Positions 42,208-52,666 of a stretch of DNA of 64,000 nucleotides are shown piece by piece; the first letter of the stretch is position 1, and every line of letters starts with the position of its first letter. The stretch spans positions 288,001-352,000 of the forward strand of contig CAWJYV010000007.1 of assembly GCA_963847185.1 (NCBI GenBank). The letters run 5' to 3'. The notes beneath the pieces were generated by a model. The model was not told where the DNA came from, searched no databases, and was given only the letters and a program-made list of their open reading frames with translations. Source of the DNA: an uncultured Methanosarcinaceae archaeon (GTDB taxonomy: Archaea > Halobacteriota > Methanosarcinia > Methanosarcinales > Methanosarcinaceae). A program made the position numbers and the translations under genes.

Positions 42208-43615
42208 TTATTTTGCCGAGACTTCAATATATCTGTACATACCTTTAGTGTTACTGCCCTTTGCGTTCGCTACTGTTAAGCTGACAGTGTATTTTCCTAG
42301 TTTAGTGTAGGTGTGTGCAGGATTCTTCTCTGTTGAATATGTTCCATCTCCAAAACTCCATTTCCATGAAGTTGGATTGTTTGTGCTTTTGTCTGTAAAC
42401 TGAACATTCAACGGAGTTTTTCCAGAGGTAACACTGCTTACGAAACTTGCAACCGGTGATTGCTGAGCAGTTGTACTTGTTGAACTGGTTGTGTTTGTTG
42501 AACCGGTTGTGTTTGTTGAACCGGTTGTGTTTGTTGAACCGGCTGTGCTTGTTGAACTAGCTGTGCTTGTTGAGCTGGCTGTGTTTGTAGAGCTGGTTGT
42601 GTTTGTTAGAGCTGGTTGACTGTTAGCTGGTTGTACTTGTTGAACTGGCTGTGTTGCCAATAGAGCCGTATCCGTATCCTTTCGCTACCCAATTCTCAAC
42701 ACTGTGATCAGATGGTCCTAATATGTTTGAGCCTGATCCTACCTGTATGTAAGGCGACACTCCCACATAACATTATCGTGAACGCTAATTGATCCGCTTG
42801 CATCAACATTTCCAACGCCTGCACTGCTGCTTGATCCTTTGTAGTCATGCATGATGTTGTGATGGACATTTGCATTTGTCAGTTTATTTTCCAGCTCAAC
42901 GCAGCACCAGCCAGAGCCGGCACTACCTGTGAAGGTATTATGGTCCACTTCAATATTTGCGCAATTGTCTATCCTGACACCTGTATTGGTTTGAACCTCA
43001 ACATCACAGTTATACATTCTGGAATTTTTGGTGCCGGATAAAAATGACACACCATCGTGTCCTACGGAATACATTCTGCAATTATATACATTAATTCCGG
43101 AACTTTTACTGATTCTGACACCATCACTATACAGATAACGAGTGAATAAAATGTCATGTACTTTACTATTACTCGAAGACCTGAATTTTATGCAGTTTCG
43201 ATAGTCTCCGTGACCTCCGTCACTGGGGCTGGTTGCTGCACTTTTGAATTGAAGATTACATACTTCAACGTTAGAAACACCTGATCCGAATACATATGCA
43301 GGTGATCCCTCGGAGTTACAAACTGAACCAGTAGCATAGATAATTGTACTGTCGCCTGCACCTTTCAGTACTACATTAGATTTCAAAATTATAGGTGCAC
43401 TTATCTTATAAGTGCCAGCAGTGAGGAGAACATATCCAGGGTTACTTGATGTTGCTCCTGATGCTACGGAATTTATTGCATTATTAATTGCAGTCTGGGC
43501 AGATGATCCAGATCGGACTTACAGTTACTGTATTCTGTGCGCCTAACGCCGCGGGGACGGTTGTTAAAATAAGGCATGTTACTAGGAATAGGGTTCCTAT
43601 CTGTCTTTTTAGCAT
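42208..43615 (-). pseudogene. Frameshifted secreted beta-helix + Ser/Thr linker + PKD surface protein
   Basis: Three ORF fragments join into one protein: signal MLKRQIGTLFLV..., +1 shift near 43513 (SP/SGSSAQTAINNAIN..AGTYKI), -1 shift near 42760 (VMW/VSPYIQVG..), further shift(s) at ~42605-42625; ends in a PKD domain (WKWSFGDG). Confidence 0.8.
42470..42650. repeat. 18-bp coding tandem repeat ([12 protein letters not shown] linker)
   Basis: gttgtgtttgttgaaccg-type unit repeated ~9 times. Confidence 0.85.
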
Positions 43616-43965
43616 CGTATCACCTTTGGGTTGGATTTGGAATTTGAGTAAACTCAAAAATTTTATAGGGTTATAGTGTATTTTTCCCAAAGCACATACG
43701 GCTGTTAAACTAAGATATGTTGTCAGGAATAGGGTTTCCTGCTTCATTTTTAGCATCGTATCACCTTTGGGTTGGATTTAGAATTTGAGCAAACTCAAAA
43801 AACTATAGATAGTTATTATTTCTCCAACAGTTGATACGGTTGTCAAAATAAGACATATTTCAGGAATAGGGTTTCCTGATTATTTTTTAGCATCGTATCG
43901 CCTCTGGATTGGATTTAATTTGAGTAAACTCAAAAACTCTAGAGATAATTGTATACTCTTTCCCA
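43555..43965 (-). repeat. Three tandem ~140-bp copies of a leader+RBS+ATG+signal-peptide unit
   Basis: aggaatagggtt..ttttagcatcgtatc(a/g)cct(t/c)tgg(g/a)ttggattt..atttgag(t/c)aaactcaaaaa recurs with ATGs at 43615, 43756 and 43893. Confidence 0.9.
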
Positions 43966-43969
43966 GATA

Positions 43970-44120
43970 TTTCTCAAAATTCCATATTACGTACTCGTAA
44001 TGTTTTTCCGAACTATCTAATTAGACCGAGTCTATAGTAAATATCTAATTATGTCGGGTCTATACGGTAATTCAAAAATTCTATATTACGTCTGCGTAAT
44101 ATTTTTGAATCTATCCAAGT
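43970..44120. promoter_or_regulatory. Paired ATTACG-N4-CGTAAT palindromes with two internal 28-bp-period direct repeats
   Basis: attacg-tact-cgtaat 43986-44001 and attacg-tctg-cgtaat 44085-44100; tatctaatta..g(a/g)gtctata at 44014 and 44042. Confidence 0.55.
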
Positions 44121-44852
44121 ATGTTCTCTGCGATTATGTGGGGCGGACACGTTGCACACAGAGTCTCCACTCTCCAATCACTTTATAGGGACTGGTCATT
44201 GGAGATGGCCGGAAATGAGAAGCTTTGGCTTCTATCACTCAAAATCTGTTACTGACCATAGGATATTATTCCTTCTGGTCAATACCTCCTATTTTATAAG
44301 TTATGACCTCAGGCCAAGTTAACTCTTTTGAAAAGTTTTCCTTTACTTTCATTGTTTACTGGCTGAGTCGACACTCAAAGTTTAACCTTCATATTATAAA
44401 ATATTTTTGGTCATACAGAAGGAAATTTTGGAAATTATTTCGAATATTAAAGAGTTATGAAGTGATAAAAGAACTTATCTGAATAATTATGGAAAAAAGT
44501 TACACATTTATTTCATTAATCTGGATATCAAGTTACCATATTTTTTCATTATATACTCATATATGTATTCTAATTGCCCAATATTACAACTCCTAGAACC
44601 CAGTAAAGAAAAAAATATCCTGCTTCATACATAGGTATGAGTTCTTAAAGTCTGCCTCAAAACTCAGACCATTTCCACAATTGATAATTTGTAGCGTTGA
44701 TAAGATGCATGTGAGAAAATACTGATGATAAGAACTGATTAATTAATATTTTATTTATCAAATAAAAAAGGCAAAAAAGTTAAGAGAAAACAGGTAAACA
44801 AAAAATAAATTAAAGAAATGGAACAGTTTCCTGCTCCTACTTTTTTCGAAAA

Positions 44853-46568
44853 TCACTTGTGGGCAAAGTATGCCAAAACTTTTTCCTTATCTACAGAATC
44901 AATTCTGCAGAAGCCGAAACGTTCGAACTGTACGATTTTGTCAAGTTCAGATGTAATCCCGTGTTCTCCGATTCCTTCTATATCGCCTTCGGGACCGCGA
45001 ACTTTAACGGAAATTCCATCAACTGGTGCCCAGTGGATAATTTTTGCTTTTGCTTTTTTAAGGGCTTCAAGAGAAATATCAGAGACTTTTGCCTGAAGTG
45101 GTGAAGGAGAAGTGATTTCAATATTGCAGAAATCTTTTAAGCGGAGGATGGAGCCTGCTTCCAGCTTTTCGGCATCATCCATGCAAACAAGCACTTTACT
45201 TCCTACGGCAATTTCTCTTACACCTCTTGCCTGGTCAGTGGGGTGGAGCGGAAGTTTTGCAATTGTCGGCCCTGAATCCGCAATTTCCAGTTCTACAGGA
45301 TTCCAGACAAAGAAGTAGCGGTTTGCAATGGGGTCCACGATTTTGCGGTTTTCGGCGTAGAGAGACTCCATGCTTATACTCACATCTGTCATCCCTACTC
45401 CCATCTCTATCATGAATTTTTTGAGGGCTTCAGCCTTGATTCCGCGGCGGCGGATTGCCCGGATTGTGGGTAGTCTTGGATCGTCCCATCCGCTGTACTC
45501 TCCTTCCTCAATGGCTTTTCTGAGGGTGCTTGTGCTGAATTTGCCAAACTCATGGATCTTGACCCTGCCCCAGTGGGTTGTTTTCGGGTATTCCCAGCCG
45601 AAGTACCTGTAGATGTATCCCTGCCGTTTTTCGCTATCAATAAGGTCTTTACCCCGGATAATGTGAGTCATGCCGAGTTCGTGGTCTTCTATAGCGCCTG
45701 CAAAGTCCAGAAGGGGCCAGACAATGTATTTTTCATCAATCTCGGGACGAGGATGGGACATTTTTCTGATCCTGAATGCACCCCAGTCTCGGAGAGCGGG
45801 ATCCTTGTGTTCTATATCGGTTTTGATTCTCAGTACTGCCTGCTGGTCTTCGTATTCTCCGGCAAGCATCTTCTCCCAGTGCATGAGGTTTTCTTCAGGG
45901 CTTACATCCCTGTGCGGGCAGGCTTTCTTGGCGTCCTTAAATTCCTTGAAATCTCCTCCTTTACAGAAGCAGACATAGGCTTTGCCCATCTCAATTAGTT
46001 TTCTTGCATAATCATAATACATAGGGAAATGATCAGAGGCGTAGACTATCTGGTCAGGTACAACTCCAAGCCATTTGAAGTCATCAAGGTACCAGTCATA
46101 AGCTTCAAGCATAGGTCTTTTTATGTCAGGATCGGTATCATCGAAACGCAGGATGAACTTTCCTTTGTACATCTTTACATATTCGGAATTAACAACCATG
46201 CCTCTTGCACTTCCCAGGGTTCCGGGCCCATTGGGGTTTGGGGCAAACCGCATTACAACCTTGCCAGGTTCTACTCCTTCAAGAGGTTTTAAACCTTTAT
46301 CCGGCTCTTTCTTTACGCTAAGAGCTTCAATAAGTTCTGGTGCAATTTCAGAAAGCCTTGCTTCCCAGACTTCTGGATTTCCTTTAGCAATTTCGGAGAC
46401 AATAGTTTCAAGAGCTTCAGATATTGCATTAGGGTTGGATCTGAGATGAGGACATTCCCCCATTACCTTGCCCATGACAGCTTTGGGCTGAGGGGCTTTT
46501 CCATATTTTACAGCATTTTGAAGGGCGTATTTTTCTATTGTTTTAAGATCTTCAGGACTTAAAGTCAT
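44853..46568 (-). CDS. gltX: Glutamate--tRNA ligase (archaeal type)
   Basis: VMRFAPNPNGP, LRFDDTDP, AYVCFC..CPHR, THIIRGKD, GWDDPRLPT, QFERFGF. Confidence 0.97.
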   Translation of the reverse strand: MTLSPEDLKTIEKYALQNAVKYGKAPQPKAVMGKVMGECPHLRSNPNAISEALETIVSEIAKGNPEVWEARLSEIAPELIEALSVKKEPDKGLKPLEGVEPGKVVMRFAPNPNGPGTLGSARGMVVNSEYVKMYKGKFILRFDDTDPDIKRPMLEAYDWYLDDFKWLGVVPDQIVYASDHFPMYYDYARKLIEMGKAYVCFCKGGDFKEFKDAKKACPHRDVSPEENLMHWEKMLAGEYEDQQAVLRIKTDIEHKDPALRDWGAFRIRKMSHPRPEIDEKYIVWPLLDFAGAIEDHELGMTHIIRGKDLIDSEKRQGYIYRYFGWEYPKTTHWGRVKIHEFGKFSTSTLRKAIEEGEYSGWDDPRLPTIRAIRRRGIKAEALKKFMIEMGVGMTDVSISMESLYAENRKIVDPIANRYFFVWNPVELEIADSGPTIAKLPLHPTDQARGVREIAVGSKVLVCMDDAEKLEAGSILRLKDFCNIEITSPSPLQAKVSDISLEALKKAKAKIIHWAPVDGISVKVRGPEGDIEGIGEHGITSELDKIVQFERFGFCRIDSVDKEKVLAYFAHK

Positions 46569-46901
46569 AGGAGGTTCTCCAAAAGTAAACTTGGATTAAA
46601 TGAGATCGGGATGTAGTGTAAATTCAATTACAAAGCAAGTTACAACTTTAGCTGTGAATTTAATTACAAAACTAACTGCAAAGCCAATTCTAAATTCAAT
46701 TGCATATACTCATGAAAAATGAGTATTATATCAGATCTTTGAGTCGTGTTATATCTTTAATTGTGTTAGATCTCTGAATCCGATAATTGCGGAAAAATGT
46801 AAATGGGATTATAAAAAGCCACCGAAGCCCCAAATTTTCAGGAAAATTTGAAAATGAGAAAAAGCTTTTGTGATAAGTATTTTTGAAAGGCACCATTGGT
46901 A

Positions 46902-46962
46902 AAGAGCTCTTTGCATAACCTTTTGCAGAGCCCTTTACAGAGCCCTTTACAGAGTCTTTTGC
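46902..46962. repeat. 12-bp tandem repeat (cagagcccttta-like) x5
   Basis: Two exact and three degenerate copies just past the stop of the 47274 gene. Confidence 0.75.
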
Positions 46963-46968
46963 AAGGCC

Positions 46969-47274
46969 TTATTTAGGGATGGAAGCTTCGATTTCCCGGA
47001 TACGGGAAACTTTCTCTTTAATCTTTTCAAGCTCCCTCTCAAACTCCTGCAGAAACTTGGAAACCGCATCTCCAGGAACTGCACCCTGAGCTGAGGGTTT
47101 GATCAGATTAGCCTGTTCAAGGACCCTGAGTGAATAACGCACTTTATGGTTCTGCATCCCTGTAACTTCAGAAAGTTTCAGAATTCCTATAGGAGCTTCT
47201 TCAATTACTTTTTTGAGCACCAAAAGATGGCGTTCAGTAAGGTCAAGTTCATTTCCGATATGCTCAAGCAGCAT
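46969..47274 (-). CDS. Small winged-helix putative transcriptional regulator
   Basis: RHLLVLKKVIEEAPIGILKLSEVTG...HKVRYSLRVLEQ..LI.PS..GA; TGATG-coupled to the upstream gene. Confidence 0.75.
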   Translation of the reverse strand: MLLEHIGNELDLTERHLLVLKKVIEEAPIGILKLSEVTGMQNHKVRYSLRVLEQANLIKPSAQGAVPGDAVSKFLQEFERELEKIKEKVSRIREIEASIPK

Positions 47275-48008
47275 CAGACAACCTCGTTTCTAAGTATTCC
47301 AATTCCCTGGATTTCCACTTCAACAATATCTCCTCTCTGCAGCTCTCCAACGCCCCGGGGTGTCCCTGTGGCAATTACATCTCCCACTTCCAGGGTCATG
47401 ATTTCAGTGATGAATTCAATAAGGTAAGGGATGTCAAAAATAAGGTTTGAGGTGCTCGATTCCTGTCTGGTTTTCCCATTTACCCTGCAGGCGATCTTTG
47501 CATTCGAAACATCAAGCTCATCAGGAGAAGCAAGATAAGGCCCGAATGCTGCAAAGGTATCAAAACTCTTCGCCCTTGTCCATTGCCCATCTTTATGCTG
47601 GAGGTCCCGTGCCGTTACATCATTAAAGCAGGTATATCCAGCAATTACATCCTCAGCCTTTTCGGCTGAAATGCTCTTGCAACGCTTGCCTATTACAACT
47701 GCAAGTTCGGCCTCATAATCCACTCTCGAACTTGAAGCCGGATAAATGATCTTGTCTTCATGCCCTATGACTGCAGACGGGGGCTTTAAAAAAAGAACAG
47801 GAGTTTCAGGAATCTCCATTGAAAGTTCTTTTGCATGGTCCCTATAATTCAGGCCTACGCAGACGATTTTTGAGGGAGACACCGGAGGGAGGACGCGGAG
47901 TTCTGAAAGTTCAAATGTTCCTGAAGGAACCCCACCACTAGGATATACATGTCCGTTTTCGATCATTCCATAGAAAATATCGTCTCCTGACCTGAATTTT
48001 CCAATCAT
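47274..48008 (-). CDS. Fumarylacetoacetate hydrolase family protein
   Basis: KIVCVGLNYRDH, FLKPPS, DYEAELAVVIG, NDVTARD, KSFDTF, GDVIATGTP. Confidence 0.95.
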   Translation of the reverse strand: MIGKFRSGDDIFYGMIENGHVYPSGGVPSGTFELSELRVLPPVSPSKIVCVGLNYRDHAKELSMEIPETPVLFLKPPSAVIGHEDKIIYPASSSRVDYEAELAVVIGKRCKSISAEKAEDVIAGYTCFNDVTARDLQHKDGQWTRAKSFDTFAAFGPYLASPDELDVSNAKIACRVNGKTRQESSTSNLIFDIPYLIEFITEIMTLEVGDVIATGTPRGVGELQRGDIVEVEIQGIGILRNEVV

Positions 48009-48081
48009 ATCTTTGCTTTCTCCTGCACTTCAAGATCTCTTTGTCTGTTTTTTCGCATTCTTTTAAAGGATATATCGAAAC

Positions 48082-48861
48082 TTAAATTTTAACTCTTCGC
48101 CCACTGGCATCCCTGGTATATTTTCCGAGTTCGGAATCCAGGAGTTGAACACCTGAAAATACAGGCCCGTCCTTGCAAACTCTAAGTCCGGTTTTGTCTA
48201 TGCAGCATGCTCCGCAGACTCCTATTCCGCATTTGAAATAACGGTGGAGGCTAAATTCGGCTTTCTCAAGAGCATTTCTTTCCTCAAGAAGTTTGAAAAC
48301 AGAAGCCATCATTATTTCGGGACCGCAAACTGCAATCCTGTCATAAGCCGAAAGCTCAAGTCCACGGAGGATATCGGTTACAAAACCTTTTGTGCCTTTT
48401 GAACCGTCATCTGTAGAAATATAAATCTTCCCAGCCTCTGCAAAGCGCTCTTCGAAAAGCAGGTCTCCTGCACTTCTAGCTCCAAGTACCGTATGCACTT
48501 CAGAGCCGGCTGCAAAAACTGCTTCGGCATAAGGAGCAAGAGGAGCTGCCCCGACTCCGCCTGCGATAACCAAAATTTTTTCACCCTTAAAGGAAAGAGA
48601 AAAACCCTTTCCAAAAGGTCCTCTAAGCCCGAAAGAATCTCCTTCTCTCAATTCAAAAAGCTTTGAAGTTGCCTCTCCCACTTTCTGGACAGTGATAGAG
48701 TTTTTTCTTGAGAGCCCCATGGGCACCTCATCCACACCTCTCACCCAGACCATTACAAATTGGCCTGGTTCCATGGTTTCAAACTCGAAATCAAAGAAAA
48801 AAGTCCTGATAGAAGGAGACTCTTCAGTTATCTTTACTATTGTAGCATTAAGAGGAAGCAT
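48082..48861 (-). CDS. pyrK: Dihydroorotate dehydrogenase electron transfer subunit
   Basis: [39 protein letters not shown]...VCKDGPVF. Confidence 0.96.
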   Translation of the reverse strand: MLPLNATIVKITEESPSIRTFFFDFEFETMEPGQFVMVWVRGVDEVPMGLSRKNSITVQKVGEATSKLFELREGDSFGLRGPFGKGFSLSFKGEKILVIAGGVGAAPLAPYAEAVFAAGSEVHTVLGARSAGDLLFEERFAEAGKIYISTDDGSKGTKGFVTDILRGLELSAYDRIAVCGPEIMMASVFKLLEERNALEKAEFSLHRYFKCGIGVCGACCIDKTGLRVCKDGPVFSGVQLLDSELGKYTRDASGRRVKI

Positions 48862-49766
48862 CAGACCATCTCATGGGAAAGTCCTATTAATCTATTTACA
48901 TCCGAATAGCCTTTCCTCTGGAGGAAAGCTTCGATCCCTTTACTGATTTCGGAGAATATGTCAATCCTGTCATATACTGCAGACCCTACCTGGACAGAAG
49001 ATGCCCCTGCCATCATCATTTCTACCGCATCCTGCCAGGAAGAGACTCCTCCAACTCCGATTACAGGAATTTCAAGGGCAGTATAAAGGTCATAAACACA
49101 TTTGACAGCAACAGGCTTTACAGCCTTTCCTGAAAGCCCGCCTGAACGGTTTCCAAGGACAGGATATCCGGATTCTATATCAATAGCCATTCCTTTTACG
49201 GTGTTGATCGCAACAACCGCATCAGCACCTCCGGATTCGGCTGCAGCTCCTATGCATGTAATGTCAGAAACGTTTGGGGTAAGCTTAACCCAGACAGGGA
49301 TGTTTGACACATCTTTTACTGCTGCTGTGACTGCTTCTACAAGGCAGGGGTTGGAGCCTATAGCAGCCCCATACCCTTCCGCATGGGGACAGCTTACGTT
49401 AAGCTCGAAAACATCAGGCTTTACTGGAAGTAATCCTTCGGCAACTTCTGCAAATTCTGCAGGTGTCCCCCCGAAAATACTGGCAATTACTGGAACTCCG
49501 GAATTCTCTTTTGCAATTTCGAGTTCCTGCAGGAAGCTTGAATAGGAAGGATTCGGAAGCCCCATAGCATTCAAAAAGCCGCAGTCGAGTTTGACCATGC
49601 TTGGATTTGAATGCCCGGTTTTGGGCGTGGGACCTATAGATTTTGTTACAACTGCCCCTGCCCCTCCTTCACGTGCAACCCTGCACAGAGAAGCGCCTGT
49701 TGTGCCAAGCACACCGGCTGCAAGAATTGTAGGATTTTTCAATTTGAGTCCGGTAAGAGTATACAT
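48861..49766 (-). CDS. pyrD: Dihydroorotate dehydrogenase family 1B catalytic subunit
   Basis: [34 protein letters not shown]; start at ATG 49766. Confidence 0.96.
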   Translation of the reverse strand: MYTLTGLKLKNPTILAAGVLGTTGASLCRVAREGGAGAVVTKSIGPTPKTGHSNPSMVKLDCGFLNAMGLPNPSYSSFLQELEIAKENSGVPVIASIFGGTPAEFAEVAEGLLPVKPDVFELNVSCPHAEGYGAAIGSNPCLVEAVTAAVKDVSNIPVWVKLTPNVSDITCIGAAAESGGADAVVAINTVKGMAIDIESGYPVLGNRSGGLSGKAVKPVAVKCVYDLYTALEIPVIGVGGVSSWQDAVEMMMAGASSVQVGSAVYDRIDIFSEISKGIEAFLQRKGYSDVNRLIGLSHEMV

Positions 49767-49798
49767 GCATGACTCCTTTCTATCCTGGGAATATATCA

Positions 49799-50752
49799 TC
49801 AGTCGTATGAACAATAGTCAGAATCGCACGAATCTCTCGAGATCTGCAGGAGAGCTTCTTCGGCCAGTCTCTTACCTCCCATTTTCACTATCCTGTGGCC
49901 AAGTTCCCTTGCTTGCTCAAGACCTCCGACCATGGGGATAAATTCGTCTATCCTGACAGACTCCTCCCCATCAAGGGAGAGGACTTCAGCTCGAACATGG
50001 ATCTCTTTTCCATCAGGCGTGATTTCGGCATAGGAACCTATAGGAGTTGTACAGCCTCCTCCAAGTTCAGAGATAAGGATTCTTTCGATTTCAGTGGCGA
50101 TTCTGCTTTCGGTATGGTCGAGTCTGGAAACTACGGTTTCGGCCTCTGAACCTGCCAGTGTAACCACTGCAACCGTGCCCTGATTAGGAGAAGGACAGAA
50201 GAAGTCAGGAGAAAGGATTTCTCCTTCAAGCTCCCAGCCCATGCGTTCAAGTCCTGCTTTCGCAAGCAGAATCCCATCATACTGTCCTTCTTTGAGCTTT
50301 CTGAGCCTTGTATCTATATTACCCCTCAATTCCTGGGTAATAAGATCAGGTCTGTAGCGTTTAATCTGAGCAACCCTTCTAAGGGAACTGGTGCCTATAA
50401 TTGACTGTTCGGGCAGTTCATCCAGTGTGGATCCATCATAAGTCAGCAGAATATCAAAAGGAGTATCCCGCTTCAGAACTGCGGATGTTGATAGTGTTGG
50501 CGGGCGGACGGTTGGCATATCCTTCATGGAGTGGACAGCAATATCTATTTCTCCTGCAAGCATAACATCGTCCAGCTCCCTTACAAAAGCCCCAACTCCA
50601 CTGGATACCGCATGCAGAGGACGGTCAGTAAACCGATCTCCGCTCGTTTTTATAATTTTCAAGCTGGTTTCAACGCCCTGTTCTTTCAAAAGGCGTGCAA
50701 CATTCTTGGCCTGGGCAAGCGCAAGCTGGCTGCCCCGCGTACCTATAATCAT
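49799..50752 (-). CDS. hemC: Hydroxymethylbilane synthase
   Basis: IGTRGSQLALAQ, AVHSMKDMP, GTSSLRR, RGNIDTRL, GGGCTTP. Confidence 0.97.
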   Translation of the reverse strand: MIIGTRGSQLALAQAKNVARLLKEQGVETSLKIIKTSGDRFTDRPLHAVSSGVGAFVRELDDVMLAGEIDIAVHSMKDMPTVRPPTLSTSAVLKRDTPFDILLTYDGSTLDELPEQSIIGTSSLRRVAQIKRYRPDLITQELRGNIDTRLRKLKEGQYDGILLAKAGLERMGWELEGEILSPDFFCPSPNQGTVAVVTLAGSEAETVVSRLDHTESRIATEIERILISELGGGCTTPIGSYAEITPDGKEIHVRAEVLSLDGEESVRIDEFIPMVGGLEQARELGHRIVKMGGKRLAEEALLQISRDSCDSDYCSYD

Positions 50753-50787
50753 GTGTAGTAACCTCGTTTTAAAAGATGCAAATCTAC

Positions 50788-52062
50788 TCAGAGATTTTCA
50801 GCATATGCCTCAAGAGTCCTGTCAAAGTCTTCTTCGCTATGGGCTGCTGAGATGAAATTCGTCTCAAACTGGGAGGGAGGCAGGAAAACTCCACTTGCAA
50901 GCATCCTGTGGAAGAAGGCAAGGTACCCCTCCTTATCGCACTTCAGAACCTCCTGGTAGTTATGAGGCTCGTCCCCAAAGAAGATCTTGAACATGGAAGC
51001 AATTCCACATACGTTATAATTAAGCCCTTCATCTTCAACGATTTCAGAGAGCGCAGCCCTCAGGTAATCGCCTTTTGAATTGAGTCTTGAATGAATATTT
51101 TCCTGCTTCATATAATCAAGCACTGCAATTCCCGCAGCCACAGAACATGGGCTTCCACTGAAGGTTCCTGCCTGGTAAACGGGTCCCGACGGAGAGATCA
51201 TTTCCATAATTTCCCTGCGCCCGCCAAAAACTCCTATGGGTAGCCCGCCTCCTACTATCTTTCCGAGTGTGGTCATATCCGGCACAACTCCGAAGTATTC
51301 CTGTGCTCCTCCCATTGCAAGCCTGAACCCTGTAATAACCTCATCGAAAATGAGGAGTACATCATTTTCTCTGGTGAGTTTCCTGAGCTCTTCCAGGTAG
51401 CCGGGTAGAGGGAGAACAGGTCCTATATTTCCAAGTACGGGTTCTAAGATCACTGCAGCCAGTTCATCCCTGTTCTTTTCAACAAGTTCTGTCATTACCT
51501 CAATATCATTGTAAGGTGCCTGCAGAGTATGTTTTGTGAAATCTGCAGGAATGCCCAGAGAATCAGGTTCTCCATGAGTTGTAGCTCCAGAACCTGCCTT
51601 TACAAGCACTGCATCATGGGCACCATGGAATCCACCTTCGATTTTGATGAATTTATCCCTGCCCGTAAAGCCTCGGGCAAGGCGAAGGGCACTCATTGTA
51701 GCTTCAGTTCCTGTGGAAACAAAACGAAGCATGTCAATGCTTGGATAATACCCTGCAATTTTTTCTGCCAGGGTCACTTCAAGCTCTGTAGGGGTCCCGT
51801 AGAGCCAGCCTTTATCCAGCTGTGCTTTAATGGCTTCCTTTATTACAGGATGATTGTGCCCAAGAATTGCAGGTCCGTAAGCCAGACAGTAATCAATGTA
51901 TTCGTTCCCGTCAAGATCCCTTATCTTTGAGCCGTCAGCTGATGCTGTATAGAAAGGATAAGGTTTGATTGCGCGTACGGGGCTGCTTACCCCTCCAGGA
52001 ATAAGGGTTTTTGCTTTCTCATACATCTGTCTGGACTTCTCAAGTGTAACCTCAGATACCAT
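50788..52062 (-). CDS. hemL: Glutamate-1-semialdehyde 2,1-aminomutase
   Basis: [44 protein letters not shown]; ATG 52062 after GGTGA. Confidence 0.97.
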   Translation of the reverse strand: MVSEVTLEKSRQMYEKAKTLIPGGVSSPVRAIKPYPFYTASADGSKIRDLDGNEYIDYCLAYGPAILGHNHPVIKEAIKAQLDKGWLYGTPTELEVTLAEKIAGYYPSIDMLRFVSTGTEATMSALRLARGFTGRDKFIKIEGGFHGAHDAVLVKAGSGATTHGEPDSLGIPADFTKHTLQAPYNDIEVMTELVEKNRDELAAVILEPVLGNIGPVLPLPGYLEELRKLTRENDVLLIFDEVITGFRLAMGGAQEYFGVVPDMTTLGKIVGGGLPIGVFGGRREIMEMISPSGPVYQAGTFSGSPCSVAAGIAVLDYMKQENIHSRLNSKGDYLRAALSEIVEDEGLNYNVCGIASMFKIFFGDEPHNYQEVLKCDKEGYLAFFHRMLASGVFLPPSQFETNFISAAHSEEDFDRTLEAYAENL

Positions 52063-52148
52063 GAATCTCACCGGATTGGACTGAATTTTAGCATTGGGAT
52101 TCATAAATAAAACGAAATATTGACTTTAATGCGATTCTATTTAATATC

Positions 52149-52262
52149 AGGACTTGCGCGGTTGAACTAAGAAATCAATGGCATTAAACCCTCAGATATC
52201 CAAATCGCCAATATGAACATTAGTTATTATATCTAGTTTTGGTACTCAAGTGCGTAAGTCCT
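52149..52262. mobile_element. MITE-like element A (114 bp)
   Basis: Terminal inverted repeats aggacttgcgc.../...gcgtaagtcct; flanked on both sides by ATATC (5-bp target duplication); non-coding. Confidence 0.7.
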
Positions 52263-52492
52263 ATATCTATATCTATCTTTGTAAGAGGTAGTTTTTACCT
52301 GCTTTTTTCTTATTTTTTAAAACTTTTTATAGTTTGCATTTTTCATACTCTAAAAATAGGTTTTGACATAAAAAGTTATTCAAAAGCAGGCCTAATCATG
52401 CAAAAACAGTGTTCCCAATTTTTCCGGTTTTTAGTTCAGGCCGTAAGATATTGACCCTACTCCTCTTTAATCTTAAATATTTAATTGTTTTT

Positions 52493-52643
52493 AGGACTTA
52501 CGCAGTTAGGCTGAAAAATCAAAAACATTAAATTAAATAGCACTAAATATTTAATTGTATAAAGTGCAAATTTAAATTATAAAGTTTATAATTTAGATTA
52601 TAACGCCTATCCTACTAATTTTTACCTTTAGTGCGTAAGTCCT
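52493..52643. mobile_element. MITE-like element B (151 bp), same TIR family
   Basis: Perfect 12-bp TIR aggacttacgca/tgcgtaagtcct; GTTTTT on both flanks (one extra G on the right); AT-rich interior unlike element A. Confidence 0.7.
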
Positions 52644-52666
52644 GGTTTTTCAGTTTAAGGCTTCAC

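Noticed and set aside
42739-42741. Pyrrolysine (amber) read-through of the beta-helix fragment ending in TAG
   Set aside because: The protein-like continuation is in a different frame starting ~20 nt before the TAG; this is a frameshift, not read-through
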